Shown: in pieces, positions 14,201 through 32,942 of the stretch
Layout of the letters: the number at the start of each line of letters is the position of its first letter
Position numbering within the stretch: the first letter of the stretch is position 1
Assembly (NCBI GenBank): GCA_040954595.2
Contig: CM082592.2
Span: 6,053,431-6,117,430 of the forward strand
DNA length: 64,000 nt
Direction of reading: 5' to 3'
Source: Balanoglossus misakiensis
Taxonomy: Eukaryota; Animalia; Hemichordata
The notes under the pieces: model-generated
Databases searched by the model: none
Seen by the model: only the letters and a program-made list of their open reading frames with translations
What the model was told of the DNA's origin: nothing
Translations under genes and position numbers: made by a program

Positions 14201-15684
14201 GGGGAAAAAAGAATCAAACTTTACCTGCTTTTCTCGTCCCGTTCCTTCGTTGCTGTGTTTATAATTTCTTAAAATTAGTGAATTTCACCAAATCGTGTTG
14301 ATTGAAGGAGTTTCATCTTGGAAGCTTAGCATTTGCTGTCACTGCACCATCGTCCTCTGTGGCGCCCGTATTCCGCACTGAATGATCTGTCGTGACAAAT
14401 ATACACACTTAGTCTTATCGTATGAATAAGAAGATTACAGGCAACCGGGACAAACCATTCACGGACACGGGGTATAGCCAGGGACTACAATCATTAAATA
14501 TTCAGTCATATATGAGTGGCACTGTTGGAGGTTAAAAGGCATTAACCTCTGATAATGTTGTTGTCAATTACACTGATGTCTCTCTTCCCTGAATATTAAT
14601 CATACTTTACCTGATGATCAAAATTGGTTATTTTAGTCGACACTATTACACACACAAAAAGACACACTATGACGTTTTTATTATTTAACACCACATTGAA
14701 TTTTTCCTGTGTCGAAATTGAAATTATTCCATCTTTCATAATTTCTTCTTTCCTACATCTTACCCTGGTTTCAGTTTCGCTGCACTTTTTAACTCTAGGT
14801 CAGTTACAAATGTTAAAAACATTCTCAGTGATGATTTATTATACGTTTGCAATATAAACACACATATCCTCACTAATACCCTCATATATCTTGACTATTT
14901 TTTTCTCCTCTTGGTTTAAGACCTTCCATGTGTGCATGATTAAAGTCCAAGAGAAAAAAATTCTGAAGATAGTCTACCTCAAAGCATCAATCAATGTTGT
15001 GTGTACAGTCAATTTGCCATCCAAAGCAAACCTAATCTATTCATGGCTGTTTTTGTTTTTAAAAAAAAGGGGGGGGGGATATATTAAATTGGCATCATAA
15101 ACGTTTGGCCGGGTAAAGCTCGATCATGAACTACACTGCCAAGATATCAAATAATTAACAAGTAACAATCAGTGTTCATGTGTACTCTATTAAACTCCAG
15201 TTTTAACAATCACAATGGGCTAGAACCCAGCAATTTTACCACACCACGCATACCTGTTGAACTCACCGTCTTCTTAACAAAACTCAGTGGACCAGCTTTC
15301 ATCTCAAACTGCGCATGACCTTTGACATAAAGAAAGTAAACAATGTGTGTCACATCATTAACCAGACTCAACCCGGAATTGAATTGCATTCTTAACACGG
15401 TTTTATTCTTAACCAAGCATTTACAAGTATCCATTCACAATTAACTTATGTAACACATACATTCATGCCGACAGTTTCAAGCAAATATTCAAAACTGACA
15501 CTGTAACTACATTGGAATTTTCTTAGAAAAGCATAAAAAACAGTGACAGGTATATTTAAACAATTTGATTAATGAGCTTTCAGCAAACTGTGCCAAGTGG
15601 GTGTCATATGCAGTGAAATGTTTTGAGTGTGTTCACACCCAATAAATTGCCAGGGGGAATCAGACAAAAGATCTGCGATTCTTG

Positions 15685-15698
15685 CCACTAGAGGGCAG
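15685..15698 (+). promoter_or_regulatory. CTCF-like motif between the divergent copine-like and PRODH genes
   Basis: CCACTAGAGGGCAG matches the CTCF core CCASYAGRKGGCRS. Confidence 0.5.
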
Positions 15699-16891
15699 TG
15701 TAACTTCAGATGTAAGTTTCTTAGCCCCTGGTTTCTTACGTAGAATTTCATGCTCACATCATACACATAGCCGAAACTGGATTTTGAAACATGAATTTTT
15801 CTGTCTCGTTTCATGTTTTGATGACCAGTATTGCAAATATGCGAATTAGAATGGCCATTATTTTGCCAGTCATTTCCCTGAATTTGTAACCCAGATATCT
15901 GAACTTTTCTAAAAATAGTCTCATGTGGGACGGTTTCACAATTCATCTTTACATTGGTATCTCTAACATCATTTTGCATTAAGTATATCAGTTAAATTTG
16001 GGTTATGATTGTTTTTTTTTAAGAGCATGACTTTAGAAGATCCCATTTCTCAATAACCATTGAGTTCTTTGCACTACTCAGATAACAACATTCCATGTCC
16101 AGGCATTCACCCCATAGTATCCTTTATGCAAATGTCCTTGGTGATGACAATGGACTGACTATACGTACCTGTAAAGCTCATAACAAAACAATCAAGCTAA
16201 CTTTCAACCTTTGTGTTTTACGCTAAATAATCATGAAATATTGTGAAAGATGCAACCGATTCTGCAAAAGATTTTGATTATTCTGGGATAACAATTAGGG
16301 CAAAACTGTGACTTAAAATATATTCTGAGCGATAGTTATTTAGTTCTCCCTCCAACTTTCAAGGGAATTTGTTAAAGAGGGTTTTGAACCCTTCCTACTG
16401 AGAAAACTGGTCGATCTAATTCAGCCGTGAAAACAGCAAACATCGATTCTGCATTGAAACTTACTAGATCCAACCAGCCAGACATTTCAAGGTGAAGAAG
16501 ACGTATCTTTTAACGTCCATGGATGATGGAGAACTTCATCACTTGAACTCTGCAACCTCCAACTGTACTTTTTAATGGATAACTTAGGTGGGTTCATTTG
16601 AGACTGAGCAAACATTTCCTCAGTGACCATGGATATAAATGTGCCAGTTTTGGGTGTGTGTGATTCGAGTGATAAAAGAATCGTATGTGCACGGAAACGA
16701 TAAAACTCTGATAAACTGGGGAAAAATACCTGAATATTTGGATGAGCGCATTTGCTTATGTCAGGTAAGTTATGGGGTCTTTTTAACTGTGTCAATGAAC
16801 TCGGCGCGACGTCCATGACGTACGTAGCTGTACGTAGCAGACGTGTTTGGACTCCGGTGATCTGAGGAGCGCTGCGGAGGGGGTTGCAGAA

Positions 16892-19800
16892 ATGGACCAT
16901 CTATCGCGTATTTTGCCCCGTCTTGTGGCCAGCAACGTTCCGAAATGCCAGCAGCTAAGGACCGCAGCCAGCGGGGAGATATTTCGGCAGCGTATACGTC
17001 CCGTAACTCAGATCGCGGCCGAACAGGAGAAAAATGTCGACCCGGGTCTGGCCGTCAAAATCGACAGTGACGAACGAGAGGCTTTCGTGCAACGAGAGGC
17101 GCTGGAGAAGGCCGTGGATTTGGAGTTTTCTAACGCCCGGGAAGCTTACAAAAGCAAGACAACGTCTGAAATTGTCCGAGCGATGTTGGTTTTCAAAATG
17201 TGTTCGTACGATTTGCTGGTGGATTACAATAAGGAGGTAAGTCTGACCCAGTTTTTGAAAACCATCCGAGGCGTTGCTGTCAGTTTGCCAAACTTGCGTG
17301 AAATTCAGAGGATGTGAGGGATGGAAAGATCAGATGTTAATGCCATTATATCCACATTTTGTATTTAAGTAGTGATGACGGGTCACACCCATCAGTATAC
17401 CTGCACTGCTGCAGGAATTCGAAAGTGTTATTAATAATAGCTCCGCGTGGGCCCGGCTTCAGTCTGTAGTTTTAACTGAAGCGTCGCTGTTCGAGGCGGA
17501 GGTTGCCGGTTGGAAGCGCGGCGCAGTTGGTAAATTTACACAACCCTGCCACGCGGATCTAACTGTAACCTAATTAACTACATGTAGTATATACATGAAG
17601 CAGGGATTTTAAATGGTCATAGTAATGGCTCCGTCTCCAAACGCAGTCGAAATTCGTGAACATAATCTGTGGTGCGGCGCGTGTACATGTCGCACCGGCC
17701 ATCATGATATGTAACACAGCTATTTACATGAAAATAGTACACATTGTACCTTTTGGACGCGCTCTGAATTTACATAAAGGACGAGACAAATTAATACCCG
17801 TACTTATTAAAATGGAATAAAATAGATATGTGTGAACTTGCATCTCATTCGTCATGAGCTGTACTATTTTGAGGTTTGAAAAATTATACCTGTGTAGAAG
17901 GATCATTGAGCCACAAATAATAATGTATTTGTTAAACACTGGCCAGGGCTGCTATTACAATGTTTTGTGCCCATCTCTCAGCAGATATTGTTATTTTATT
18001 TGGGTGGGTTTCCTAATTGCTGTATCGGTAGTCACCACAAAGGACAATATATCAGATACTTGGGCTATTACCATGATTAGATGGGAGGGGGGTATCACAG
18101 TTTATCAGTTGTTGATAAAAAAAAAATGTGCTGGACCAAAGCCCACCACACACCCATCTTTTCAGCCAATCAGAGCGAAGGACACTCGCCAGCCAGCTAA
18201 CATTTACATTGTAGTGTGTGTCAACATATTTTTGTAGGTCATGGGCTATCTGTGTTGATAATGGTGTCGGATGTGAGGTGGCAATCTTGATTGTTGCTTT
18301 GGTGTGATTGTGATACAATTAAAAACATGTTTTGTTGTTTCTGACTACCCATATTTGTGCCAGAAAGTTCAGACGCTTTAAGAAAGTATTGTCAATTGCA
18401 TTTCAAAAGCAACATATTTAGTCAATTTATTTGAATTCTCACACACAGCTATTAAAGTATGGAAGGAAGATCCTGGGGAAGAGGCTGTTCGAGAGGATGA
18501 TGGAGGCCACATTCTACGGCCATTTTGTTGCCGGGGCCGACCAGCCACAAATTCAGCCGAACATCGACAGACTGGGTCAGTTTGGAGTCGGCGCTGTGCT
18601 GGACTACGGTGTGGAGGAAGATATCCCGCACAGCAAAGCAGTGGAAGTCGAAATGGAGTAAGTGCCTTTCATTTCAAAACTAGTTTAGGATCTAGCTCTG
18701 CTTTTGCAGTCTCTGGGAAATTACCGTGTGGGAAAACAGCCCAGCTAGATTCTAGACTATTTCAGTGAAAAATACAGCATTTTTAATAAAATGTAATTTT
18801 TTTCACTCAATATCATGTATCTCAATCTGAATCCTATTGAAAGGAAAATTAGAATTCAGTTGATGCAAACACCATATTAATGCTTGGTTGGGCAATGATG
18901 TCAAAGCATTAAGAGTTGAAAAAAAATCAATACATGTATAAATGTCACCAACCCAAGAAGAACATTCAATATAATCCTGTTCTATATATAGAGAGAGTCT
19001 TTATGGGCTGTTGATTTTACAAGCAACCATGCAACTGTCAGAAAAGTGAATTAAGAGGAATCATTAGCAACGAATTAAGCAGACAGCACAAATATTCTCA
19101 AGCTGATACTCAGAGCTTATTAAAATGTTATTCATGATATAAACATCAGCTGTGACCAAAAAACAACTGGCACAGATCCAGGGAGGTCTGTTTTGTATAC
19201 CTCAGGAACTTTCAGTTTCATGTTGTGACGCACTCTGCCAGAGCTGTGAGAGTTATGCATGATCGTCGGCAAATTTGGTGATGTTTTGAGCCTAACACTG
19301 TACAGAGGGCAACAGTGGGGCTCTTTAGCTTTCAACTATGCAACAGAAAGACATGATGATCATGTGTTGACGTACGCAGTAGTCCAATAGCATACGATTT
19401 ACATGTAGGTCAGAGATTGATGTAGCCGACTTGTAAATGTATAAATTGTTTACCCCTGTGCAAGGCTTTATTGGCTATAAATTGTGAGAAACATCAAATA
19501 ATTCTCTTATATGTAACATAATAGGAGTACTTTGTAATATAAGTTGACTGTATACATGTAGTTTTGGTACATAGTTGGGATAAGTACAGTTCATGGAGCC
19601 ATAAAAGTACTTTGAATCTTTCCGTGGAATTTAATCAGCCTTTTTGACAATAGAGGGGAGATCAGACAGTGTTATTATCAGTTATAAAACCGACTCCGCA
19701 GAACAGAGGAATTTTGATGATCGTCCATTGTCATGCCCCAATCTTTAAAGTCTAACAGAGACCTCTGTTGCACATAACCCTTGACCTTAATTTGCATATG

Positions 19801-22800
19801 CACAGTTGGAAGGTCTGTTGAGACGTATTTAACATGTTTTATTTAGGCATAATTTATTCATAGAATGAAACAAAGCGGGATGCGATGTTTCAAGTTGTGA
19901 CTAGTTTCAATGAGATATTCCAACTCAGCAATTATGTTGTGTTTTTCTATTAATAGATATCTATATATTTCCTCTGTTTTTTCAATTTTCGGTTGTTGTA
20001 AACATACAGACTTGGCTATAGGATGTTTAAGATACTAGTATGGTGCAGATGCGGCCCAAATCTATTCCCCAAATGACTAGTTTCTTTATGTCGCCCTTAG
20101 TTTCATTTGGATTGTCGAAACAACCTACATCAGAAAACCAATAAGTCACAGTGTCCCACATGGTCGCCTGGCAACACTGAAGTGGCTGAGATGTGAGATA
20201 GTGGTGCGGCTTTCCTTTGATGTGTGACCTCCATTTGTGCCAGTGTGTGTTTGGGGTCATCAGGGATAACCTGTCATATCAGCAATAGTCTAAAAAAGTG
20301 CGCAGTGTAAGCATGCAGAAGTTAGGTTACCACGACCTTGGTGGTTGTGTTAGGGTACGTCATCGTAGCCCCTCTCGCTCAGTGCTGTTTGCGGAAACTT
20401 TGGAAAAGGCAATATTTACTTCTGAAACTTTGAAGCAGTTCTGTAGGTTAGAGGTCAGAAAACTAGCCGTTTCAGTCATACCTGTATGGTTGCATATAAG
20501 AGGGTTATCAGGCGCATGGTATGGTATGCACACATAAATGTAATTGATAGGTACATGCCAATCTGGTACACAATGTATTGTATATGTAGAAGTAACTGCC
20601 TGATATCATAGACTTCAGCAAAGTTATAACCGGTGATATGACTGTGTCTGTTGTCACTCGTTCATCTGGTACATTTTTTTATATGAATTGATACAAAAAA
20701 AATATTTGATATCTTTGACAGCTTCTATGATATATTATGAGGTTATCTGTGTCAAGTCTGGCATTGAGCTATTTATATCTGCAATAAATTCAGTGTTTAA
20801 GCATCTAATGGTGTAAATTTTTTGGGTGGAACGCAGGTGATACGTTTATCTAACTGCGTACTTTGCCATCACTAATGCTTTCCCACGTGCACCATGTTAG
20901 ACTGTCAACAGTCGCTCGTGTCTCTGTTGAGTATAGTGATACAGTCACTGTCATAGTAGGGTTCATGTATGAAGTCATTAGACACCTTACAGCCAAGTAA
21001 ATGATTCACTTTTAACTCCCAACCCAGGGTAATAGAGATTTAAGTAGGACACATTGATGCGGCATCCGTCCATTTTTCTCCTTTCTCTGAATATACTAAG
21101 AGCCGCCCCATTCCATCTGAAGAAAAAACAAAGTGGCATTTACAGTTCAATCACGAATCGCTGTAAACAATCTCCTCGATTGTCTGGGGTGAAAGAGCTA
21201 TGACACAAGTGGGTTCTGTCTCAATGTGGGTCACGCAAAGGCCTTGCTGTCTCAGTTCTGCTGGACTCGATTTCTGACAGTTCACTGTGCCCTGCTTTTA
21301 CTCTGAATTGCATGGCAAGGCCGGGTCACAGGATGTGGAAATGCATCTTGGGAAAAAATGGTATTCATTACATGTGTCCTATGTATGGCCTGCACTATGA
21401 CGTATGAAGTCATCGATTTTCTGGAGAGTCTGGATTTTTTCACAATTGAAAAATAAAGGTCTTTTTTTCTTCCAGATCTTGCATATCTAAAGCGGAAGAT
21501 TCAGAAATACAAGGTGAGATTAGGGTTTTAATCCAAGAGAAGGACATTTAATTAAATTTCCTGTAATTTGATATTAACATTTTTACTTGAATCAGCATGG
21601 TTCTGCCGCCATAGTTTCCTTAGACTTGTATGTGACAGTTCTGTGGCACAAAAATGATTTTTTGTTTCTCGTCTTTCCACAGCTGCAAGAGATAAACGAT
21701 TCAGAGCCTACGAACAGTTCGGCGATCGGCGGCACGATGTAGCCAGCGCAAGAACGTACTTCTATCAAGACGAACACAAGTGCGACGAAAACATGAAATT
21801 CTTTCTTAAATGCATTGACGCTGCAGGTTGGTATACTCAAGTGACAAAAAACCAGATTTTTTTTTTTAGGTTTCAAAAATTCATTTGTATTTTAGACAAC
21901 CATTTCATGCATGTCATGATAATCATTGATCACGAAAATAGCATCAGTACTATGCAGTATACTATATTGCCACTAATCCACTATATAAGAAAAACTCAAA
22001 TATTTTATATTTTCACAGGTGCTTCATCACAAGATGGTTTTGCAGCTGTCAAACTCACAGCCCTCGGCCGTCCACAGATGCTTGTAAGTGTTACCTCTGA
22101 GGCCAACAGGTTTACTTTACATTAACATTATGCCTCAAGAGGGCGCTGCTGTCTCCATACTGCCCTGAGTTCCGTGATGTGGTGATGACTAGCGACAGCA
22201 ATCTTATTCATCATGGATAAAGATACCTAAGTAGTAAAACGCATTCTTGATTTTTCCCTCTTCTAGCTTCAGTTGTCAGAATGCCTGACAAAAATCCGCC
22301 AACTGTTCGTGGAGCTTGCCGGAACGGAGGGAGATCTTGTGAAGAGAAAAATCAGTAGCGAGACTTTTCAAGAGAAATTGGAGTCCATGGGAATTATGAC
22401 CAGGGACAAGGCAGCCACTTGGTTTACATTGTTTGATTATGATGACGATGGGTAAGTTAATTAAAAAAATACCGAGCTTTGATGAGGGTAAAAATAGCAA
22501 AAAGGTTTTTTGTGAACTGCTTGTGTTTACACCACTAGAGGGCGCTGTTGGTTTCACCTGCCACTTTTTTTTGGAGTGAAATAGTGTACTATAATTGTTC
22601 ACAATATTAATTAAATGTCTTTGCCATGCAGGATGATAGATTTACTGGACTGGGACAGACTCATGCAGCCAAATTTGAAAATGTCAAAGATCTTCAAGAT
22701 GCCAAATATGGAGGTGAGTGTACTGCAGCAAATTGGGTCATATGAGTTTGATGCTGTCATGGTAACTCTCGCTAAATTTGCATAGGTATGCCTTTAATGA

Positions 22801-24548
22801 CTAATGATTGTTTGTTTGGATGCAGACCGGAGCGATGGATCAATTGTTGATGTCACTGACGGACGACGAAGACAGGCAGATGAAGACAATGATCGTCAGA
22901 ATGAACACTCTAGCTGAGGTGAGACGAAAGAACTTTTAACCCTTTCATCTGCCTTTTCCCACTGTAGGGATCCAACTGATTAAAATTCTTGAGGAAAACG
23001 ATGGAATGGACCTTTCTTTCAATCTGTGGTAAATCTTCCTAATTTCAGAGAGCCCAAGAAAAAGGCGTGAGGCTGATGATTGACGCAGAGCAGACTTACT
23101 TCCAACCCGCCATCAGTCGACTGGCCATGGAGTTGATGCGAAAGTTCAACAAAACCAGGCCGGTCATCTTCAACACCTACCAGTGTTACCTCACGGTACG
23201 TCTGTGAAATAGATGAATTAATTACCACCTTGGCATATGGAGTCTCTTCAGTGAAATAAACTTGTAATTAATTAATTAATTCATCAAGGGATTTGTCATC
23301 AAGATCACAAGGAAGAAGGCAACTTCGTGATTGTTGTTGTTGTCGTCATCAGAGAATTGAGTGTTACAATATATATTGAAGACTTATTGACATAAAGTGA
23401 TAACACTGATATTCCTTTGTACTTTACTGATCAAATACAGACTTTCACCTGTAGTACCTTTCAGAATCCTGTCATTTGAACCTTGCAGTAACTTATAATA
23501 CACACCAGAGATTCATAGTGACACAATTGAATACGTAACTGGCCTCGCAGGATCAAAAGTGACAACCGCCAGTCCCCTCTAAACCGAGCAATAACATTTT
23601 TTTTCAGGGAGCCTATGACAACATGACTGTGGACATGGAGTACGCCCGAAACGCCGGCTTCTTCTTCGGCGCCAAACTGGTGCGCGGCGCCTACCTGGAC
23701 CAAGAGAGGAAGAGAGCCCGGGAGATCGGCTACAAGGACCCCTGCTGCGCCAGTTACGAGGCCACCAACGAGAACTACATGCGGGTGTTGAACACCGCCC
23801 TGGAGCACATCAAAATCCACGGCGGGGTGAACATCATGGTGGCCTCGCACAACGAAGACACCATCAGATTTACAGTTCAAAGGTGAGAGTTCAGAGGTCG
23901 GGGTGGGATTTTACGGTTCAAGGGTCAGTCAGCAGTTTAAATCTGTAGTGGACAAATTGGTTGGTACTTTGTTGTGTGGATAAGATAACAATAAAAAGAA
24001 CACAAAGTATCTATTTTGCAATATCAAAAAGATACTCATCTGTCATGTTATGAATTTGTCACTCCACAGAATGAATGATTTGTGTATTGGTCGGAGAGAT
24101 CAATTGGTCTACTTTGGACAGCTGCTTGGTATGTGTGACCAGGTCACCTTCTCATTAGGTATGTAATAATTATTAACATTTCCTTATATGTACATAGGAT
24201 TTGATCAATTCAGCACAAACGCTCACTCCAATGGAAATTGGACACAAGTGTAATTTAATATGCAAGTCAGAGGACATCTGACCATTTAAAAAATTTATGT
24301 CATACACAAACACAGTGAATTTTGACAAATTTCATAAATTCTGGTGTTGCCACGCAGGTCAGGCTGGCTACGCCGTCTACAAGTACGTGCCGTACGGTCC
24401 AGTGGAGGAGGTCTTGCCGTACTTGACTCGACGTGCCATTGAGAACCGGGGTCTGCTGAAGGGAGTCGTCAAAGAGAGAACCATGCTGGGCCAGGAACTG
24501 TGGAGAAGAATCAAAACGGGCAACGTGTTTTACAAGCCAAGTTCGTAA
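16892..24548 (+). CDS. PRODH: Proline dehydrogenase (proline oxidase), mitochondrial, ~620 aa
   Basis: Exons 16892-17236, 18449-18657, 21476-21513, 21683-21826, 22019-22083, 22267-22451, 22632-22713, 22826-22918, 23049-23195, 23608-23882, 24070-24158, 24358-24548 sum to 1863 nt in frame. Motifs: [87 protein letters not shown]. Confidence 0.96.
22532..22545 (+). promoter_or_regulatory. CTCF-like motif in a PRODH intron
   Basis: CCACTAGAGGGCGC is a full consensus match. A second site, CCTCAAGAGGGCGC, lies at 22133-22146. Confidence 0.5.
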
Positions 24549-27500
24549 AGTTCCAAACCACGGAAGATTTCACTGCATTCGGCGTCATCTGTGGTGGTGA
24601 TGTTGAATGAAGGTTGTGGATTTTCTGGACAAATGGCTGTGTGTGGATTGGTCTAGTGATCACCATGCGCAGATGTCCTCGTATGTACAGCACCATAAAA
24701 ATGAATGCATGCGTGAACCGAACTATATCCAGAAATCTGCAACTGTTCTGTTTTGGACAGATATTTTTAACTGTTGTTTTAAGACATATATTTTTTAACA
24801 TACAGTGCATACACCATTCTTGCAAACTGACGTGATATGTCAGAGGAATGACACAGCAGCCTTACTTTATTTTTAAAACATGGATATTGTTTTTGTTACA
24901 AATGGCCACACACACACCACTTACAGACACAGTCCACCAGAAATAGCCACACACCCACCGCAAATGGAGACACTTCAGATGGTGAAATGGGATCGCCCAG
25001 TACAGGATGGATACTCTCCTCACAAAGGACAATTCAACTCCAGGGTGACACACCTGCCACAAAATGGAAACACCCACCATAATTGGAGAGTTTATTTCAA
25101 ATGACCGTAAACAAAAATAAGTTTGTTGAAGGTTATAACCTTTGTAGAAATCGCTCACATAGAAAGCTTGCTTGGTCAATACAATTGGGATATGGGGCAT
25201 TATGTTGATCTTTGCTGCTAAACAAAAAACAATTACTTTTGCTGTTTTGCATCAGAGCCATCAATAATATATTGGTTTTAATAAATTAACATAAGTGGAA
25301 AATAATATGTAATATATACAGGGTATGATAAACTGCATATTGGCTCAGGGCTAGATAGGGAGCTAAGCGTTAGATTTACATGTAGAATTAAGAAAACTGT
25401 GGTTCATAAATTGCATAGTCTACACGTTTGTTGGCTGAGGTGATGAACAGGCTTCCATAAATGACAATTTGCTGGAATCGTTTTAGAGGTTTAATGTATT
25501 GCAGTGATCCGTGGTATTTACATGAATACATGCATTGTCGAATACTTTTCTTGTTTAGGAAGAACGGGAATTTACATTTGCCATTGGCATGTGACCATAT
25601 ATGTTTATTATATTGTATATTTATCGACAGCAATACCAAAATGGTTCTAAAAAATTTATCAGCAATAGTAACGTTTGTTTATGCTCTGCAGGTTAAAAGT
25701 ATAGAAAAAGCGTGAAATTTTGTAAAAGAAAAAAAAATGGTTGCTAATATGTAGCACTTGCCTAAAATTCACTGCAACAAATCTGACATTTGTTCATCGC
25801 ATCCTGTATAAGTTGTAGGTGGATCGTAAATCCATGTTTGGGTTACATGTGTGTCTGAGTGTGTGTCTCGGTCTCTGTCTGAGTGTATGTGTGTGTGTGG
25901 TGTCAAGTGAATAAAATCAGGAAAGCAGCATCTACAGTCAGTGATGTCATTTCAGTGATCGGGCGATCATATCATAAAACTGTTGTTTGTTATGACTGGG
26001 ATTAATACACATGAAAGATTGCAACTTGCAATATGTCGTGGCTGGCAAATGCAAGTTATTGGTTCATGCAGTAAAAGTGGATAAATGCACTGTGTTTCCC
26101 AGATGCTGGTATATATAGATATTATCATTATCTCTGTATATATGTAACTAGTTTTTTATAGAGGAAACATTTGACGTTAGTGGCTTTTAAACATGTTACG
26201 CACATTTTAAATTTTGAATATCTGAAAATAATTTTTAAATTTGCCCTAAGTACATAACCATTTAAGTTCTTGCCACTCCGAAACATTACCTGGCCACCAA
26301 CATTGATTCAAATCTGATCAGCAGTTCTGTGTCATACACACATATCGAGACAACCTTAGGCTCACATAGTTTACCATGTGAGCTAAAGAGAACAACATTG
26401 AACATTATTCTTCCTGAAAAGCAACTTTTGCAAGATATGAAATTGATTAAGTTCATTTGTTCAAAGTGTATTAATGACTTTTGTTTGATTCCCAACGTTT
26501 ATTAACGATTCATTTGTCAATGGTGAACATTCACGAACCCCAGAATGTGCCGTGTATTTGCCACTGAAATTTGTCATTCCTTTCACTACTGTGTCTACTA
26601 TTGTACTTTTGGGATTTTCTTCGCAAGTTTTTTTTTTTATGCCCAGAAACGTTATTTTGCGGTAAGTGTGTAGATAACTTGGCTCTAAATTATTACTCGG
26701 ATGTACAAGTGTGCTGGGTACTTTGTAAATAAAGGACATGCATATTTTAATGGCAATTTGACTTTTGCTGCTTGTTCTGGGGACTTGGGGACTTTCTTAA
26801 TACTTTGTGTAGTACAAAAATGTATATGACAATTGACAGTGTTGTCAATTCGTTCATCTTGTTTTCGTGGGATCAATGAATAATCCTTCTCGCAAGCCAG
26901 AGCTTAATTACTTCCGCTCAGCTCCGCGGTGCATGCAAAATAGGTAATGCATGCGATAAACATGATAAAGAGGCGTGTCGATGGGTAACAATAGGCCTAC
27001 TGCGGAGTGATATACTGTGTACTACAGTGATCCGGTGCGTGGTGATGTGTCCAATTCCGAGGCGAACACGAGGAAACCACGTGAAAGTAGTACCAGAAAA
27101 CACACGTGGGTGTACAGATACAATGGAATACGTGCATTTCCGGGTTCGTTTGTACTCGTGGTTTTAGTTGTACTGGCGTCCATTCACACCCAGGGCTTTG
27201 TGAATTCCCGTGGACTTAAGAATATAGGAAAAGGTACAGTTGTATTTTTTTCAATGCCTAGATCATGAACACCTTTTTATATATTCACTCACAGTCACTC
27301 CAGACTGCGATTCACTAAAATATGCATCTACACTTTGATAGGCATGTCATTGAAAGTAACGTCTATGCTTATGATAATTCGTTAAAACTGAATATCAAGT
27401 TTGGGCGCGTGCTTGACGGTACCGTATCCTTCATTTCCGTCATGTTTTTTGAGTCGCCGACAGAAGGGTGTCATTTTAGCCAACGTTTCCACCAGAGGAA

Positions 27501-28351
27501 ACGTTTAAGGTTTAGCACTCATGTGCACAAATTTGAATATTGTTTAACACCATGTTTCAAACTGGCGCCCTGACGAATGTTAACACGCCACAAAACAGAT
27601 GCAACAGTCGTTACCATTCAAAGCATGCAAATTACCCGATTGTAAAATGAATGGTGCGACAGTGCCATCTGGAATCATACTTACTAGGTGGTGTAGGCAC
27701 AATGCGTTCGGAATGAGGGTCGTGCATTTTAGCACTCTTCGTATAATCACCTCGAAGTGACTTCTTAACAGTCAAGGCATGACGTAACATTACCACACAG
27801 ATTTGTATTCATCATAATGATTTGTTCGTTTAGGATTTTCTATAATCAATGACATTTGACAATTTTTAATCACAACAATTTTATTTGATAAAAGTACAGT
27901 GTTTTCGTGTTTTATTTTGGATATGCGTAAAATCAAAGTTCTTCTTAGTACTTTTAGGCTATGTTCAATGCTGCTCCAAGTGTCATACCCTCACTCACAG
28001 TCGCGGACAATCCCGCAAGACGGTTAAGATCAGAACCAATTACGACATAACTTCATTACTGTGAACTTCAAAATAATCGCAAACGTCTATTATCCGTTAT
28101 CATAATGCGAAGCTCTGAACCCACATTGCCTCAAGACTATCGGGCTTTATTACCATGACTTTGGCAGAGGGAACCATGTTAGCATATACACAGAATGGCA
28201 AATATCGATAATCTGATCGACTTGTTGGTTGTTCTTCGAAGTTCATATATGACATAAGCGTTAGAATGTTTACGATCCATTTATTATGGGGAATTATTTC
28301 ATACAAATCGATATGAATGTTGTCACACGGAGGCTCAAGCCAGCATCTACT

Positions 28352-32942
<4,591 letters not shown>

